From assembly GCF_963921235.1 (NCBI RefSeq), contig NC_086124.1, forward strand, positions 1,488,001 to 1,552,000: 64,000 bases of DNA. The letters run 5' to 3'. The DNA comes from Mobula hypostoma. Lineage: Eukaryota. The translations under genes and the position numbers were made by a program. Positions within the stretch are counted from its first letter, which is position 1. Each line of letters begins with the position of its first letter. The notes beneath the pieces were generated by a model that did not search any database, was not told where the DNA came from, and worked only from the letters and a program-made list of their open reading frames with translations. This document shows positions 63,680 to 64,000 of this stretch, one piece after another.

Positions 63680-63955
63680 TTGAAAGATTGAAGATTGAAG
63701 ATTCGAGATTGGTTAATGTCATTTCCTGTACACAAGTGTAAAGGAGAACAAAACAATTGTTACTCCGGATCTGATGCAGCACAAAAAAACACAAAAAGAT
63801 AAAGAGCACAATGATAATAATAATAAAAATCAGAATAAATATGAATACATAAGATAACTTATAGATGTAGATTGATCGTATGTCCATGAAGTGACGTTGG
63901 GCTCTACATAAGGTGACTGACAGGAAATGCTAAAGTAGTGGTGGAGTTAGTGGGT
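63680..63955 (-). mobile_element. LINE (Rex-type) 3' UTR with a (AATCTTC)n tail
   Basis: Homologous to 27060-27290. Confidence 0.65.
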
Positions 63956-64000
63956 GAAAAGAGTGAAACTAGCAGCATGAACAGTTTAATAGTTTCTGGA

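Overview
Repeat-rich, gene-poor vertebrate DNA. The repeat content (HER1-like CR1 LINEs, HE1/V-SINEs, Rex1/Babar, Penelope) points to a cartilaginous fish, probably a batoid ray (inference). There is one clear host gene: a two-exon FAM167-family gene, most likely FAM167B (minus strand, 50662-50363 joined to 45729-45466, 187 aa). There is also an intronless COX6C retrocopy with an intact ORF (61786-62025), inserted with target-site duplications (TSDs) into a Rex LINE. Most other ORFs in the track are decayed transposon fragments or spurious frames. Notable structures: (1) an L1-clade insertion with a twin-priming 5' inversion; (2) about 15 dispersed Penelope-derived short repeats whose consensus is a minimal hammerhead ribozyme; (3) a Hero-clade RLE retrotransposon with a perfect 17-bp TSD; (4) a Chapaev3 deletion derivative; (5) three different RTE-dependent non-autonomous families; (6) a composite-like Tc1 MITE carrying a captured LINE tail; (7) an ETS:RUNX/E-box/TCF motif cluster with a splice donor, which may be a T-cell (LCK-type) promoter. 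No prokaryotic systems or CRISPR arrays are present. I found no convincing wholly new gene system. Repeat family names come from motif recognition, not database searches. Repeat boundaries without TSDs are approximate.
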